Positions 48,267 through 58,339 of a stretch of 64,000 nucleotides of DNA are shown here, piece after piece; position 1 is the stretch's first letter; each line of letters opens with the position of its first letter. Below the pieces are notes generated by a model. That model saw only the letters and a list, made by a program, of their open reading frames with translations. It was not told the DNA's origin and ran no database searches. The stretch is taken from contig CAWBMP010000004.1 of NCBI GenBank assembly GCA_963790025.1, forward strand, positions 608,001 to 672,000, read 5' to 3'. The position numbers were made by a program, and so were the translations under genes. This stretch comes from Nitrospirota bacterium (GTDB lineage: Bacteria; Nitrospirota; Thermodesulfovibrionia; Thermodesulfovibrionales; Dissulfurispiraceae).

Positions 48267-49088
48267 TTATTTTGCATTAGGTATGAAAAGTTGATTCCCG
48301 TTTTTATCTTTGAACGATGCAATGGCCTGTTGTCCTTCTTTTGATATCAGCCAGTTTACAAACTCCATTGCCTCCTTATATTTCACGTGCTTAAATTTTT
48401 GAGGATTTACCGCCATAACTCCATACTGATTAAATAGTGAAGGGTCACCTTCGAGGACGCTTATCATTGCAAGCTTATCTTTATCCTTTGTGGCCAGCCA
48501 AGTCCCCCTGTCTGTCAGTGTATAAGCACGTTTTTCGTTTGCTATTCTCTGGGCCTTTTCCATCCCTTGTCCAACCTCGATATACCATTTCTGACATTTG
48601 GGCTCGATGCCAGTCTTTTTCCATATTGATAATTCCTTCGTATTTGTGCCTGAATTATCTCCTCTTGAAACGAACAGAGAAGAACCGGCTATTTTCTTAA
48701 ATGCATCCGTGACAGACTTCATGCCCTTTATTTTTCCAGGGTCGTTATCAGGTCCTATAACAATAAAGTCGTTATACATCACATCATGGCGATTCACAAA
48801 AAAACCCTCTTCAACAGCCTTTAGCTCCTGCTCCTTCGCATGGACAAAGGCCACGTCAGCATCTCCTCTTTTGCCCATTTCTATAGCCGCGCCTGTTCCG
48901 CGTGCGACAACCTTCACCTTAATGCCTGTTTTCTTCTCGAACATCGGTAGTATGTAAGCAAATAAGCCGGAATTCTCTGTGCTTGTCGTTGAAGAACAGA
49001 TTATCTCTGTGGAAGCAGAAACATATATCGGGCTGCAGATAATTGCACATAATACTATAAACAAACAAAGATTTACTTTCTTGAACAT
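48267..49088 (-). CDS. tupA: Tungstate ABC transporter substrate-binding protein
   Basis: STTSTENSGL, GTG, VHA, MYNDF, SRGDNSGT, DRGTW. Confidence 0.9.
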   Translation of the reverse strand: MFKKVNLCLFIVLCAIICSPIYVSASTEIICSSTTSTENSGLFAYILPMFEKKTGIKVKVVARGTGAAIEMGKRGDADVAFVHAKEQELKAVEEGFFVNRHDVMYNDFIVIGPDNDPGKIKGMKSVTDAFKKIAGSSLFVSRGDNSGTNTKELSIWKKTGIEPKCQKWYIEVGQGMEKAQRIANEKRAYTLTDRGTWLATKDKDKLAMISVLEGDPSLFNQYGVMAVNPQKFKHVKYKEAMEFVNWLISKEGQQAIASFKDKNGNQLFIPNAK

Positions 49089-49104
49089 ATCTCATCCTCC
49101 AAAG

Positions 49105-49473
49105 TTATTTTGCCTTGACAACAAGAACTGCCGTTTCAGAATGGCCGATCACCCTTTCTGTCACGCTCCCCATGCGCAGCCTTTGGATGCCCGTCCTGCC
49201 ATGACTACCGACAATAATCAGATCCTGCATGCTTTTCTCTTCCTTCATGGATGCAAAATGTTTCGCCGCCTCCTCTTCCTCTTGCTCGATGACCTGAGGC
49301 ATGGTCATTTCGAACTCGAGGTTCATCTTGATAACTGATACTGCAATGAGCATACTCGAACACCGCCTGGAGATACTCAAGGCTTCCCTTATCGCTCCAT
49401 CGCTCAACTTCGAGCCGTCTGTTGCCAAAAGAAGCTTTCCCGATTTATCAAACAGACAAATCTGGCTGTTCAT
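49105..49473 (-). CDS. Universal stress protein, shortened (probable internal deletion)
   Basis: LLATDGS...IIVGSHG...GSVTERV; about 28 aa shorter in the middle than domain 1 of the USP at 50679-51530. Confidence 0.7.
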   Translation of the reverse strand: MNSQICLFDKSGKLLLATDGSKLSDGAIREALSISRRCSSMLIAVSVIKMNLEFEMTMPQVIEQEEEEAAKHFASMKEEKSMQDLIIVGSHGRTGIQRLRMGSVTERVIGHSETAVLVVKAK

Positions 49474-49544
49474 AGTATCCTCCCTCTGTTCTTAGATTCG
49501 GTTTATTACGTAGAACGAATGAAGGAACCTCAACACGAAGTGTA

Positions 49545-50060
49545 TCATAATAACAATGCCCCGATAATCCCCGCTCCGATTATCACAAAAGAAGGCTCTG
49601 TTTTTGTGAAGGCAATCACGGCAAAGCTGATTATTCCGATTCCGAAAGTAAGCGGGTCTACAAGCGCTGTTTTCCCCAGCGAAAGAGCCACTGCAGCCAA
49701 TAGTCCTATGACAGCAGGTTTTATTCCTTTGAAACCAGACTGGACAATTATCGATTGTTTATAGTCGTAATAGTACTTGGCGACAATCGTTACGATGATG
49801 ATGCAAGGCAAATATGAACTGACCATCGCCAATACGGCACCGACCAGTCCGCCGATTTTGTATCCTATAACCGCATTCATAACAGTCAGGGGACCGGGGG
49901 TTAACTGCCCGATTGCTATAGCATCCAGGAATTCTTGTTTGGTCAACCAATGATATTTTCTCACGAACTCTGCCTGAAGCATAGGCAGCATCACAAAGCC
50001 GCCCCCTATGGTCAGCGCATTAATGACGATCAGTGTCCAGCAAAGTTTTAGTAAAATCAT
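49545..50060 (-). CDS. Short-chain CHR transporter subunit
   Basis: IGGG...GQLTPGP. Confidence 0.85.
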   Translation of the reverse strand: MILLKLCWTLIVINALTIGGGFVMLPMLQAEFVRKYHWLTKQEFLDAIAIGQLTPGPLTVMNAVIGYKIGGLVGAVLAMVSSYLPCIIIVTIVAKYYYDYKQSIIVQSGFKGIKPAVIGLLAAVALSLGKTALVDPLTFGIGIISFAVIAFTKTEPSFVIIGAGIIGALLL

Positions 50061-50614
50061 CGTGCCCCCCTTCGATATACGATAAGGCCGATAATTCCTG
50101 ATGCCAGGATAAGGCCGATGGGATTCATCCTGAATATTGCTAGTGCGAAAAAAGCGGTAACAGCAAATAACCCTGACTTGTAATCCTTTATGGTGGTCTT
50201 TGCCATCTTGAAAATGATGGAAAGAAGCAAACCTACAACCGCAGCTCCCACTCCTTTCATGGCCGAAGTCAACGTAACATTGCCCTTGCTTTTTATGTAG
50301 AAGATCGCGAGAAGTACAGCAAGAACAGTCCCCGTAAATGACTGTCCGACGGTTGTGGCGAGAGCGCCTTTTATCCGTCTCAACTTGTACCCTATACAGA
50401 TACCGGTATTTACTATGGGCGGACCCGGCGTCATCTGTCCTATTGCGACACTCTCGACAAACTCTTCATGGGTAAGCCATTTTCCCTTATCCACAAGTTC
50501 CCTTTCAAAAAAAGCGAGCATCGAATAAACGCCACCAAAAGAGAAGGAACCTATTTTGAGGAACTTCCAGAAAATAGCTTTTACGGTTATCTTATCTTCC
50601 ATTCTTGCCTCCAA
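50057..50614 (-). CDS. Short-chain CHR transporter subunit
   Basis: SFGG...GQMTPGP. Confidence 0.85.
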   Translation of the reverse strand: MEARMEDKITVKAIFWKFLKIGSFSFGGVYSMLAFFERELVDKGKWLTHEEFVESVAIGQMTPGPPIVNTGICIGYKLRRIKGALATTVGQSFTGTVLAVLLAIFYIKSKGNVTLTSAMKGVGAAVVGLLLSIIFKMAKTTIKDYKSGLFAVTAFFALAIFRMNPIGLILASGIIGLIVYRRGAR

Positions 50615-50678
50615 AACTGTATTTTCTCTTTTCCAGAACCTGAACCATAATATCCGTTGTCCTTTGAATGAATAAAAA

Positions 50679-51530
50679 CTATTGAGACTTCACTACCAAC
50701 ACTGCGCATCCTGCGAGTCCGATGACTTTTTCAGTCGAACTGCCCATGAGCATCTTTTCGAGCCCTGTTTTGCCGTATGCGCCCATAACAATCAAATCCA
50801 CCCCCCTGCCTCCCGCAGTCTCGGCAATCACTTCGTATGGCCTGCCCACCGGAGTTAATGTCTCTACAGGCATACTCTCTCGTTGTGCCAGTACAGCAAC
50901 CTTGTTAACATTCGATTCGGCATCTTCTAATTCGCTTTCAGTGCGACATACTGAGACAGCGATGATATTGCTGCTACAGTTCTTTGCGATATTTATAGCT
51001 TCCTTGGCTGCTGCTTCAGCGTGCTTTGACCCATCGGTTGCAACCAGCAGATTCTTGTATCCTATTTTTGCCGCCTTCGGGACAACCAAAACTTTGCATT
51101 GCGCGTGCCCGATAACTTGCGCAGCCAATTCACCCGAAAGGATCTTCGCCAGTCCTTTGTGCCCACGTCTCCCAATGATTATCATGTCGATCTGCCTATC
51201 AGCAGCTTCATCAATGATCATTTGATAATAGGGTTCAGGTCCTTCACAGAAGATGTCCTCGCATGACGGAAGCCCTTCCTGCACAGCCCTTGCTTCTACA
51301 GATTCAAGGTGTCTGAGTATTTCGGCTTTCCCTTTTCTTGCAATATCAATGTCTATGGTCTCACTTTCGGGGCTCATTACAAGCATTAACGAAATTACAT
51401 GGAGTTTACTCGAACACCTCTTGGCAAGACTTATTGCCTCCAGTATCGCTCCTTCACTGAAAAGTGACCCGTCTGTTACAAGCATCAGTCGATCATTACT
51501 TGATATAGGATTTGCCTCGGAACCGTTCAT
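50679..51530 (-). CDS. Tandem-domain universal stress protein
   Basis: Two TDGS...G..G USP domains. Start MNGSE after an AGGAGG RBS. Confidence 0.9.
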   Translation of the reverse strand: MNGSEANPISSNDRLMLVTDGSLFSEGAILEAISLAKRCSSKLHVISLMLVMSPESETIDIDIARKGKAEILRHLESVEARAVQEGLPSCEDIFCEGPEPYYQMIIDEAADRQIDMIIIGRRGHKGLAKILSGELAAQVIGHAQCKVLVVPKAAKIGYKNLLVATDGSKHAEAAAKEAINIAKNCSSNIIAVSVCRTESELEDAESNVNKVAVLAQRESMPVETLTPVGRPYEVIAETAGGRGVDLIVMGAYGKTGLEKMLMGSSTEKVIGLAGCAVLVVKSQ

Positions 51531-51726
51531 ATATCCTCCTTGTAGCGCCTTAATGCTTTGTAAATATTGCCGGCTAACCTTTTCCACCCTTGCCGGGTAA
51601 GACTTGCATTTCAACTATCACGAATGTTATAATATTGGTGTTAGTATAGCGAGATTATTGGTGGATGTCAAGTGGGGGGGGAGGACTTGCATAATTTCCG
51701 TGTTTGTGCGGAAATGGAGGAGAGAG

Positions 51727-52821
51727 ATGAAACCTAAAAATACGTTAACCGAAACGTCGTCGATGCCGCGTGGCGTGGGGCATAGCCGCATTGTGTCAGT
51801 ACCTGATGACAGGCAGTATCTGGACTCAGTCGGGCTCAACCGGTTGGAGCAGTCATTCCGGGAATGGGTCGAGGCAACATCTCGCCCGGATGTGCGTTTG
51901 TCGCGCAGGCGCGTTTTGCTCATTTTCTTGTTGATCCGCTATACCGGGGCCAAGTTGAATGAAGTGCTGGCGCTCGATCCTTTCCGGGACATCGATAAAG
52001 ACCGGCAATCCGTAGTTTTCCGAAATGCGGATAGCAACACCGGACAGAAGGTCCGGGAAGTCCCGATATCCGAAGACTTTTCGGTCGAACTCCGCTCCAT
52101 GTTTGCCGACCCCGAGTTCAAAAAAACCATTAAAGATTGCTTTGTTGTGGATCCCGGCTTTATACGGCTAAAATTCTATGAGCGCGCTTTGGCGTGCGGC
52201 TTCCCCAAAGAAATAGGGGGCCCGGAAATGATCCGCAAGGCCCGTGGCGTGGAGCTGATGCAGGGCAACATGCCCTTGCCGGCGGTCCAAATGCTCCTGG
52301 GGCATTCGACGCCCAACCTGACCTCTTCCTATGTTTCATTCTCCGAAGACGAGATTCGACAGGTGACGAAGCATTTTGTGGAAAAGGAGTCCTCCCGGAA
52401 AACCAGTGCGCGAAACACTTTTTTCGGCAAGATTATAACTTTGCAGCGCGGTGACATACAAACCCTAGTGGAACTATCGACGATTGAAGGCCATCGGGTC
52501 ACTACAGTGATCACCAACGATAGCGTGGGACGGCTCGGATTGAAACAAGGACAGATGATCACAGCCGAAGTAAAAGCACCGTTTGTCATCGTTCAGAAAA
52601 CGGATGAGGAGCCCAAATCCAGTGCGGAAAACAGATTCAGGGGGACTGTCGAACAAGTCAATATTGGTAAAATCAACACTGAATTCGTAGTCAGCATTTC
52701 AGACGAAAGCAGACTTTGCTCCATCATCACAACACAGAGTGGACGACAACTGAACCTTAAGAAAGGTGACAAGGTTTGGGCACTGTTCAATAGTTTTGCC
52801 GTCGTGCTGCATGTTGATTGA
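51727..52821 (+). CDS. tunR: TunR-type tungstate/molybdate regulator (integrase-like domain plus two TOBE domains)
   Basis: RYTGAKLNEV, LLGH, then TSARN and SSAEN TOBE repeats; divergent from the tupABC-containing operon. Confidence 0.8.
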   Translation: MKPKNTLTETSSMPRGVGHSRIVSVPDDRQYLDSVGLNRLEQSFREWVEATSRPDVRLSRRRVLLIFLLIRYTGAKLNEVLALDPFRDIDKDRQSVVFRNADSNTGQKVREVPISEDFSVELRSMFADPEFKKTIKDCFVVDPGFIRLKFYERALACGFPKEIGGPEMIRKARGVELMQGNMPLPAVQMLLGHSTPNLTSSYVSFSEDEIRQVTKHFVEKESSRKTSARNTFFGKIITLQRGDIQTLVELSTIEGHRVTTVITNDSVGRLGLKQGQMITAEVKAPFVIVQKTDEEPKSSAENRFRGTVEQVNIGKINTEFVVSISDESRLCSIITTQSGRQLNLKKGDKVWALFNSFAVVLHVD

Positions 52822-53218
52822 ACCGAAGGCTTTCAACTATTCCGGTTTCTTGTCGATTACATAACGCCGCTTGGGGGCCTCTCCTCCACATATTCCGTAT
52901 TTCCCCATTACAGTTTACAGCAACAATACAAGATGCTATGCGGCGAATGCTACAAAATGCCTATCCTATGAGCGACGTAACTGCACCTTTAAAATGTTGC
53001 AAATCCGGCAGCTCGATCTCGATAGGTATCTGCGTCAAATTAAAGAAGGCGGCAACTTCCTCGTCAGATAACGGATATATACCGGCATCGAATGGAAATG
53101 TTCTTGGAGTTGTAGCAAAATAGCAGCTAATCCTGCCTTGTCAAGATTTAGGCAGTTAGAAAAATCCTGATTATTTTTACCTGACGCCTTCATTTGTTAT
53201 GTTTTTATATAAAAGAAA

Positions 53219-53908
53219 TCATGATTTGTGTTTCTCTGCAACTTTCTTTCTGATCTCCTCCATCTTCTTCGAGAAATCCTCTTTTTGTCTTCGCTCTGTT
53301 TCATCCTTGGGCTCGAAAACAGGGTTAGTCACTTTCCATGTGAGCTGGGCGCTGATCGGACTTTCAGGATATGCTCCGATATCGTAAAGCGTCTGCCCAT
53401 CGAACAGAGTTGGCGTTTCCTGATAACAGGAACATACGGCCTTTCTTAGGAGATCAGGGGTACCGCGGTTGAGCAGATCGATGACTGAAACTATCTGTTT
53501 TCTGAAACGCTCGACAAATTCAATAGGGAGGTTGAAGAGATACGGCGTAGGCGCCGTGGTGTTCCTGATTCTCTTGCGCTCATCAACGCCGTCTTTCAAC
53601 AGTGACTTTATGGCTTCACCCGTCGAATGACCCGGGGACTCGGGTCCAGTCAGCACAAGATAGCGGATATTTGGATTGCCTATGATATTGCAGATCATCT
53701 TTTCGATGCCGATGTTTTCGGTCTGTATCGTCCCCGATATCGCAGAGCCAGCCTCGACGCCGGTTCTGACGAGCAGTTCTATGTCCTTCGGAATTTTGTC
53801 TTCGTCATAGATCAGTATAACCGCGACAGCTACAGGAGAATAATCGTTTCCTCTTAGATATCGGCCTTCTTCAGTCGGATAATCGGGTGACGGCTTAACC
53901 TTGAGCAT
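53219..53908 (-). CDS. MtrA-like (tetrahydromethanopterin S-methyltransferase subunit A family) corrinoid protein, no TM anchor
   Basis: SPVAV, TENIGIEK, NPNIRYLVLTG.E..GHSTG, ERFRKQ. Confidence 0.85.
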   Translation of the reverse strand: MLKVKPSPDYPTEEGRYLRGNDYSPVAVAVILIYDEDKIPKDIELLVRTGVEAGSAISGTIQTENIGIEKMICNIIGNPNIRYLVLTGPESPGHSTGEAIKSLLKDGVDERKRIRNTTAPTPYLFNLPIEFVERFRKQIVSVIDLLNRGTPDLLRKAVCSCYQETPTLFDGQTLYDIGAYPESPISAQLTWKVTNPVFEPKDETERRQKEDFSKKMEEIRKKVAEKHKS

Positions 53909-53963
53909 ACAATTCTCCCTTTATTGGTTGCGAATGAGGTCTAACATCGACCTCTTTAACGCG

Positions 53964-54257
53964 TCAACAACAGCCGCCATTTTCAGAGTCGCCGCAACCA
54001 CAGGACGGTTCTCCGCCTGTAATCATGCTCCTGATAAGTGCCGAGGCGCATCCAACGCCAGCTTCGACTTCCAACGCTCCAAATTCACAGTTATTGGCGC
54101 AAGCGCCGCATTCCATGCAACGGTCGATGTCGATGACGCGCACCTTCTTACCGTTCTTCTCAAAGACAGCATGCGGGCAGACTTCAATACAAGTCCCGCA
54201 GCCCGTGCATTTTTCTGCGGAGAAAACCAAACTCACTACGTTCGATAGATATTTCAT
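53964..54257 (-). CDS. hgcB: Mercury methylation 2[4Fe-4S] ferredoxin
   Basis: CTGCGTCIEVCP, CMECGACANNC, GVGCA, C-terminal CC; ATGA overlap with hgcA. Confidence 0.95.
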   Translation of the reverse strand: MKYLSNVVSLVFSAEKCTGCGTCIEVCPHAVFEKNGKKVRVIDIDRCMECGACANNCEFGALEVEAGVGCASALIRSMITGGEPSCGCGDSENGGCC

Positions 54258-55312
54258 ACAATCCCCCATTCATTAAGCTTATACACTAAAACAAGTAGAA
54301 GTGATACTATCACTGATCCTATGTAAAAAGGCATCGCTATCCGCAACTCTTTTTTAACCCCTGACATGCCTGTAAATGTTGTTGAGCCGGTGAATTGAAG
54401 CGCTACATATGAGCTAGCGGCAGGGAAGAAGAGACACGCGGCTCCAAAAAGGACCCATGCATGTATAAAGTAAGACCTTAGAATATGCCCTGTAATTACG
54501 ACTGAAAGTGCACCCGTTATCCATCCCTTTATCGCAAAAGACCTGAATGGAACAAATGGGAGCATGACAGGGGTAATTAAAGCGCCGCTCAAGACCGCAA
54601 TGAATCCAATAAGCAAGAACGGCATTCCACCTGACCACGCCTTGCTGAATATGATGCCTGAAGGAGTAAGCCCGAACAAAACCAGCATGGTCAGAGCAAA
54701 AAGAGGATAATTCTTCATAGCTGGAATGATCTCCATAGGAGTAAGAATGAGTCTATCCCAAACCGGAAACTTTACTAAACTCATTTCATCAGTCTTCCGG
54801 TATCCGGCGCTGAGATATGCCGGTATGTCCTTGGCGTTTACAGGTCCGAAATGCACTTTAAATCCGGTCACCTTATGTACCTCCCTCGCATTCACTCCGG
54901 GAGCGCAAAGCTGGGGCGCTATAATCCTCTTGTGATCCACAACATCCTGTAGCCGCGCCTCACGAATCCTCTTTACCAATTCATTCGTGCCAAACGTCCC
55001 TTTTCCGGCAGCACACCAGACATTGATTCCTTTAGTGTCCAAAACAAGTATCCACGCATTCAGTCCCTTCAAACTTCTGCGGAGTATGTCGAAACTCAAT
55101 TTGTAATTGGCGCTTGCGAACACGTCCGAATCCCTGCCCGGTTCTCCGAGGGCATAGAGTCCAGGTTTGACTATGTAGCTCATCCGCAACCCGCTGATTC
55201 TGCATTTCACCTGTCCCCAAATATCGGAATGTGACCACTCTGATGATGTTTTTGATATTTCTGGTTGCTTATCAGGACAACAGAGAGGGATTATGGCAAG
55301 CTTGTTCTGCAT
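54254..55312 (-). CDS. hgcA: Mercury methylation corrinoid protein
   Basis: PGLY, ANYKLSFD, GINVWCAAGKGTFG cap helix, C-terminal TM domain, FTGSTTFT. Confidence 0.97.
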   Translation of the reverse strand: MQNKLAIIPLCCPDKQPEISKTSSEWSHSDIWGQVKCRISGLRMSYIVKPGLYALGEPGRDSDVFASANYKLSFDILRRSLKGLNAWILVLDTKGINVWCAAGKGTFGTNELVKRIREARLQDVVDHKRIIAPQLCAPGVNAREVHKVTGFKVHFGPVNAKDIPAYLSAGYRKTDEMSLVKFPVWDRLILTPMEIIPAMKNYPLFALTMLVLFGLTPSGIIFSKAWSGGMPFLLIGFIAVLSGALITPVMLPFVPFRSFAIKGWITGALSVVITGHILRSYFIHAWVLFGAACLFFPAASSYVALQFTGSTTFTGMSGVKKELRIAMPFYIGSVIVSLLLVLVYKLNEWGIV

Positions 55313-55313
55313 T

Positions 55314-56699
55314 TTACCGGGCCTCCCTGCGCCTATCGTCGGATAGACGGATTTCTCTATTCCACGACTGGGCGGCCATTTGCACAGGGTCCCAGGGGCT
55401 GGAGAGTGGCGGTGTATAGCTGAGATCCAGGTCGTTCAATGCCTCCACGGGCATCCCATTATGAACTGCAGCAGCCACCGTGTCGATACGCTTAGAAACC
55501 TCTGTGCCATAAGTGCCGATGATCTGCATGCCCAGAAGTTTGCGTGTTTTTTTATCGCCTGTGATGCGAATTCGCAATTTTTCCGCGTGGGGATAATAGA
55601 ACTTATGGTCCCAAGTGTCAATATCCACAGACAAGGGAGAAAACCCTTCTTTCAGGGCTTCATCGTCTTTCAGGCCTGTCCGTGCAGCAACAAGATTGAA
55701 AATCTTAACGGATTGGGTTCCCAAGGTACCGGTATATTCTCGATTGCCGCCTACTGCGTTTTCACCGGCTACGCGACCCTGTTTATGAGCAGTAGTGCCC
55801 AAGGGCAGGTATGTGTTTTTCCCAAGCAGCCGGTGAAAGGTTTCCACACAGTCTCCCGCTGCATAAATATCAGGAATGGAGCTCTCCATTCGCCGATTGA
55901 CGCAAATCGCGCCCTTAACGCCGGTTGCGATACCCGCAGATTGGGCCAGACGGGTTTCCGGTCGGCTGCCTACAGCCACGAGAACCATATCGGCAGTAAT
56001 AGCATCTCTAGCTGAGCGCACAGAAAGCGAACGTCCAGTGGATTCGATCTGTTTCACACTAAATTCGTTGAACACCTGAACACCATTTTTTTCCAATTCC
56101 GTCCGCACGATGCTACCCAAGGCAGGATCAAAAGTTGTTAGAACGGAAGGTGCAAATTCGACTACTGAAACGGAGAGACCTCGTAGCTTCATGGCATCGG
56201 CCATTTCCATACCGATATAACCTGCACCGATAATGACGATAGAGGCAGGACTACGAGCAGTGAGGTATTCCTGAAACGCAAAACTGTCTGCCATCCATCT
56301 AAGAAAAAAGACGCCGGGAAGATCGATGCCGGGAAGATTCGGTATAAGAGATTTGCCTCCGGTACCTATAACAAGCCTGTCGTAAGAAAACGTCTTGATA
56401 TGGCCTCCAGTATCAGTAGCAACTATTTGTTTTCGGTCAGAAATGATGGATGTGACACGATGCTGTGTCACAACTTTGACCCCTTCTTTTTCAATTTCAT
56501 CAGCGGTGCGATGAGCTAATGCTTTCCAGTCTGGAACCTCACCACTCAGATAAAACGGAAGACCGCAGATACTGAAATTAGGATATTGGTCTGCCAGGAT
56601 CATGGTGACTTCTGTATTGGGCTCCAATTCTTTGACTCGAAGGCCTGCGCTGATTCCGGCATCACTGCCGCCGATAATTACTATTTTTTCAGGTTTCAT
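55314..56699 (-). CDS. CoA-disulfide reductase / NADH oxidase family flavoprotein
   Basis: GGSDAG, FSICGLP single redox Cys, GAGYIGME, DLSYTPP. Confidence 0.9.
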   Translation of the reverse strand: MKPEKIVIIGGSDAGISAGLRVKELEPNTEVTMILADQYPNFSICGLPFYLSGEVPDWKALAHRTADEIEKEGVKVVTQHRVTSIISDRKQIVATDTGGHIKTFSYDRLVIGTGGKSLIPNLPGIDLPGVFFLRWMADSFAFQEYLTARSPASIVIIGAGYIGMEMADAMKLRGLSVSVVEFAPSVLTTFDPALGSIVRTELEKNGVQVFNEFSVKQIESTGRSLSVRSARDAITADMVLVAVGSRPETRLAQSAGIATGVKGAICVNRRMESSIPDIYAAGDCVETFHRLLGKNTYLPLGTTAHKQGRVAGENAVGGNREYTGTLGTQSVKIFNLVAARTGLKDDEALKEGFSPLSVDIDTWDHKFYYPHAEKLRIRITGDKKTRKLLGMQIIGTYGTEVSKRIDTVAAAVHNGMPVEALNDLDLSYTPPLSSPWDPVQMAAQSWNREIRLSDDRRREAR

Positions 56700-56776
56700 A
56701 TTGTGTCTCCTGAGATCTTTTTTATCTTGAAGAAGATTATATCCGCGATAATGCCTCCAAGGACTTCGAGCCTCAT
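56696..56776 (-). pseudogene. 26-aa chimeric sORF bridging acr3 and the flavoprotein gene
   Basis: AGGAG RBS, MRLEVLG|GIIADIIFFKIKKISGDTI; its stop overlaps the next ATG (ATGA). Confidence 0.5.
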
Positions 56777-56804
56777 AACTATCTCCTATGAAATAATATA
56801 TTTA

Positions 56805-57875
56805 TTATTCAATACTCGTATTTTTTATTCTGCAATATTCGACGGTAAAATATTTTTTCTGGAAACGTAGTGCGACATTTACAAGTCCAATCAGTACCGG
56901 CACTTCCACAAGGGGACCTATAACGGCTGCAAAGGCCGCTCCGGAGTTAATACCGAATACTGCCACGGCAACGGCTATGGCGAGCTCGAAATTATTGCTT
57001 GCAGCAGTAAAGGACAGAGTTGCCGTTTTTGCGTAATCGGTGCCGATTTCTCTGCCCATGTAGAATGAAACCAGAAACATGACTACGAAATAAATCAGCA
57101 GAGGTATCGCTATACGAATTACATCCAGGGGGAGCTTGACGATATAATTCCCCTTCAGGGAAAACATAATAACAATTGTAAAAAGGAGAAAGATAAGTGT
57201 AACAGGACTGATTTTAGGTATAAATACCTGCTCATACCATTGACGACTCTTTAGCTTCAGAAGACTGAAACGGGTTATCATTCCTGCTATGAAAGGAATC
57301 CCAAGATAGATGAAAACGCTTTCCGCTATCTGCCCTATCGTCACTTTCACAACAACACCTTTGAGTCCGAACCACGCCGGGAGAATAGTTATGAATATAT
57401 AGGCATACACCGAGTAGAAAAGCACCTGAAAGATAGAATTAAATGCAACAAGTCCGGCAGCATATTCGGGATCACCGCAGGCAAGATCATTCCATACTAT
57501 AACCATGGCAATGCAACGGGCCAACCCTATCATTATGAGTCCGACCATATATCCCGGATAGTCATGCAAAAAAATAATTGCCAAAAAAAACATTAATATA
57601 GGACCAATGATCCAATTCTGAATAAGGGACAACCCAAGTACCTTTTTGTTCTTGAAGACTTCACCCAGTTCCTCATATTTGACCTTTGCAAGAGGAGGGT
57701 ACATCATGAGTATAAGACCAATAGCAATCGGTATATTGGTGGTCCCGACCTGAAAGCTGTTTATCAGGCCCTCCACTCTGGGCATAAAATAGCCTAGACC
57801 CACACCCAGCGCCATGGCGGAAAATATCCACAAGGTGAGATAGCGGTCAAGAAAAGAGAGCTTCTTATTTTCCAT
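56805..57875 (-). CDS. acr3: Acr3 arsenite efflux transporter
   Basis: [41 protein letters not shown]. Confidence 0.96.
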   Translation of the reverse strand: MENKKLSFLDRYLTLWIFSAMALGVGLGYFMPRVEGLINSFQVGTTNIPIAIGLILMMYPPLAKVKYEELGEVFKNKKVLGLSLIQNWIIGPILMFFLAIIFLHDYPGYMVGLIMIGLARCIAMVIVWNDLACGDPEYAAGLVAFNSIFQVLFYSVYAYIFITILPAWFGLKGVVVKVTIGQIAESVFIYLGIPFIAGMITRFSLLKLKSRQWYEQVFIPKISPVTLIFLLFTIVIMFSLKGNYIVKLPLDVIRIAIPLLIYFVVMFLVSFYMGREIGTDYAKTATLSFTAASNNFELAIAVAVAVFGINSGAAFAAVIGPLVEVPVLIGLVNVALRFQKKYFTVEYCRIKNTSIE

Positions 57876-58305
57876 ACTGTTCTTCCTCTTTAAGCCAGTG
57901 CTCTATGCGAGACTTGATCTGGTCCCTTATTATTCGCGCGCCCTTCAGTCGTTCCTCATGGGTCCCCTTGAGTTCGGCAGGATCTTCAAAAGGCCAGTTA
58001 AGCCGCTTTACTACACCCGGGAAGATAGGGCACTGTTCAGCGTTTGCATCATCACAAACAGATATCACATAGTTATAGAGCTTTCCAGCCTTATAGAAAT
58101 CAAATGCGCTCTTTACCTTATTGTTAGATATGTCATACCCTGATTCTTTCATCACTTCAACAATCAGGGGATTCAATGTGCCAGGGGTTAGCCCTGCGCT
58201 TTCGGCAACAAATCTGTCACACGCCAGCTCATTCAAAAATGCCTCGGCCATTTGACTACGTGCCGTGTTATGAACGCACACAAATAAGACTCTGGTCTTT
58301 TTCAT
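57865..58305 (-). CDS. arsC: Arsenate reductase, LMW-PTP (thioredoxin-coupled) type
   Basis: [12 protein letters not shown] (CX5R), VCD...CP, FEDP. Confidence 0.92.
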   Translation of the reverse strand: MKKTRVLFVCVHNTARSQMAEAFLNELACDRFVAESAGLTPGTLNPLIVEVMKESGYDISNNKVKSAFDFYKAGKLYNYVISVCDDANAEQCPIFPGVVKRLNWPFEDPAELKGTHEERLKGARIIRDQIKSRIEHWLKEEEQYGK

Positions 58306-58339
58306 TTTCTTCCTCCTCCCAACGGCAGCGGGTTAACTT

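Noticed and set aside
51727..52821. Active integrase marking a mobile element
   Set aside because: TOBE fusion, altered catalytic motifs (TGAK, EMIR) and tup context fit a TunR regulator.
52830..53200. Short ORFs between tunR and the mtrA-like gene; a faint SCY...TP...YP resemblance to the MtrA-like C-terminus
   Set aside because: No convincing start or RBS, and the similarity is too weak to support.
53936..53966. hgcB stop is TGA followed by hairpin GAGGTC-N7-GACCTC, suggesting Sec readthrough
   Set aside because: HgcB already ends in the conserved CC, the relic copy ends the same way without the hairpin, and the extension looks uninformative.
55270..55312. Sec-containing N-terminal extension of HgcA
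   Set aside because: The N-terminal motif is TGT TGT (CC) with no TGA, and the upstream gene abuts the start.
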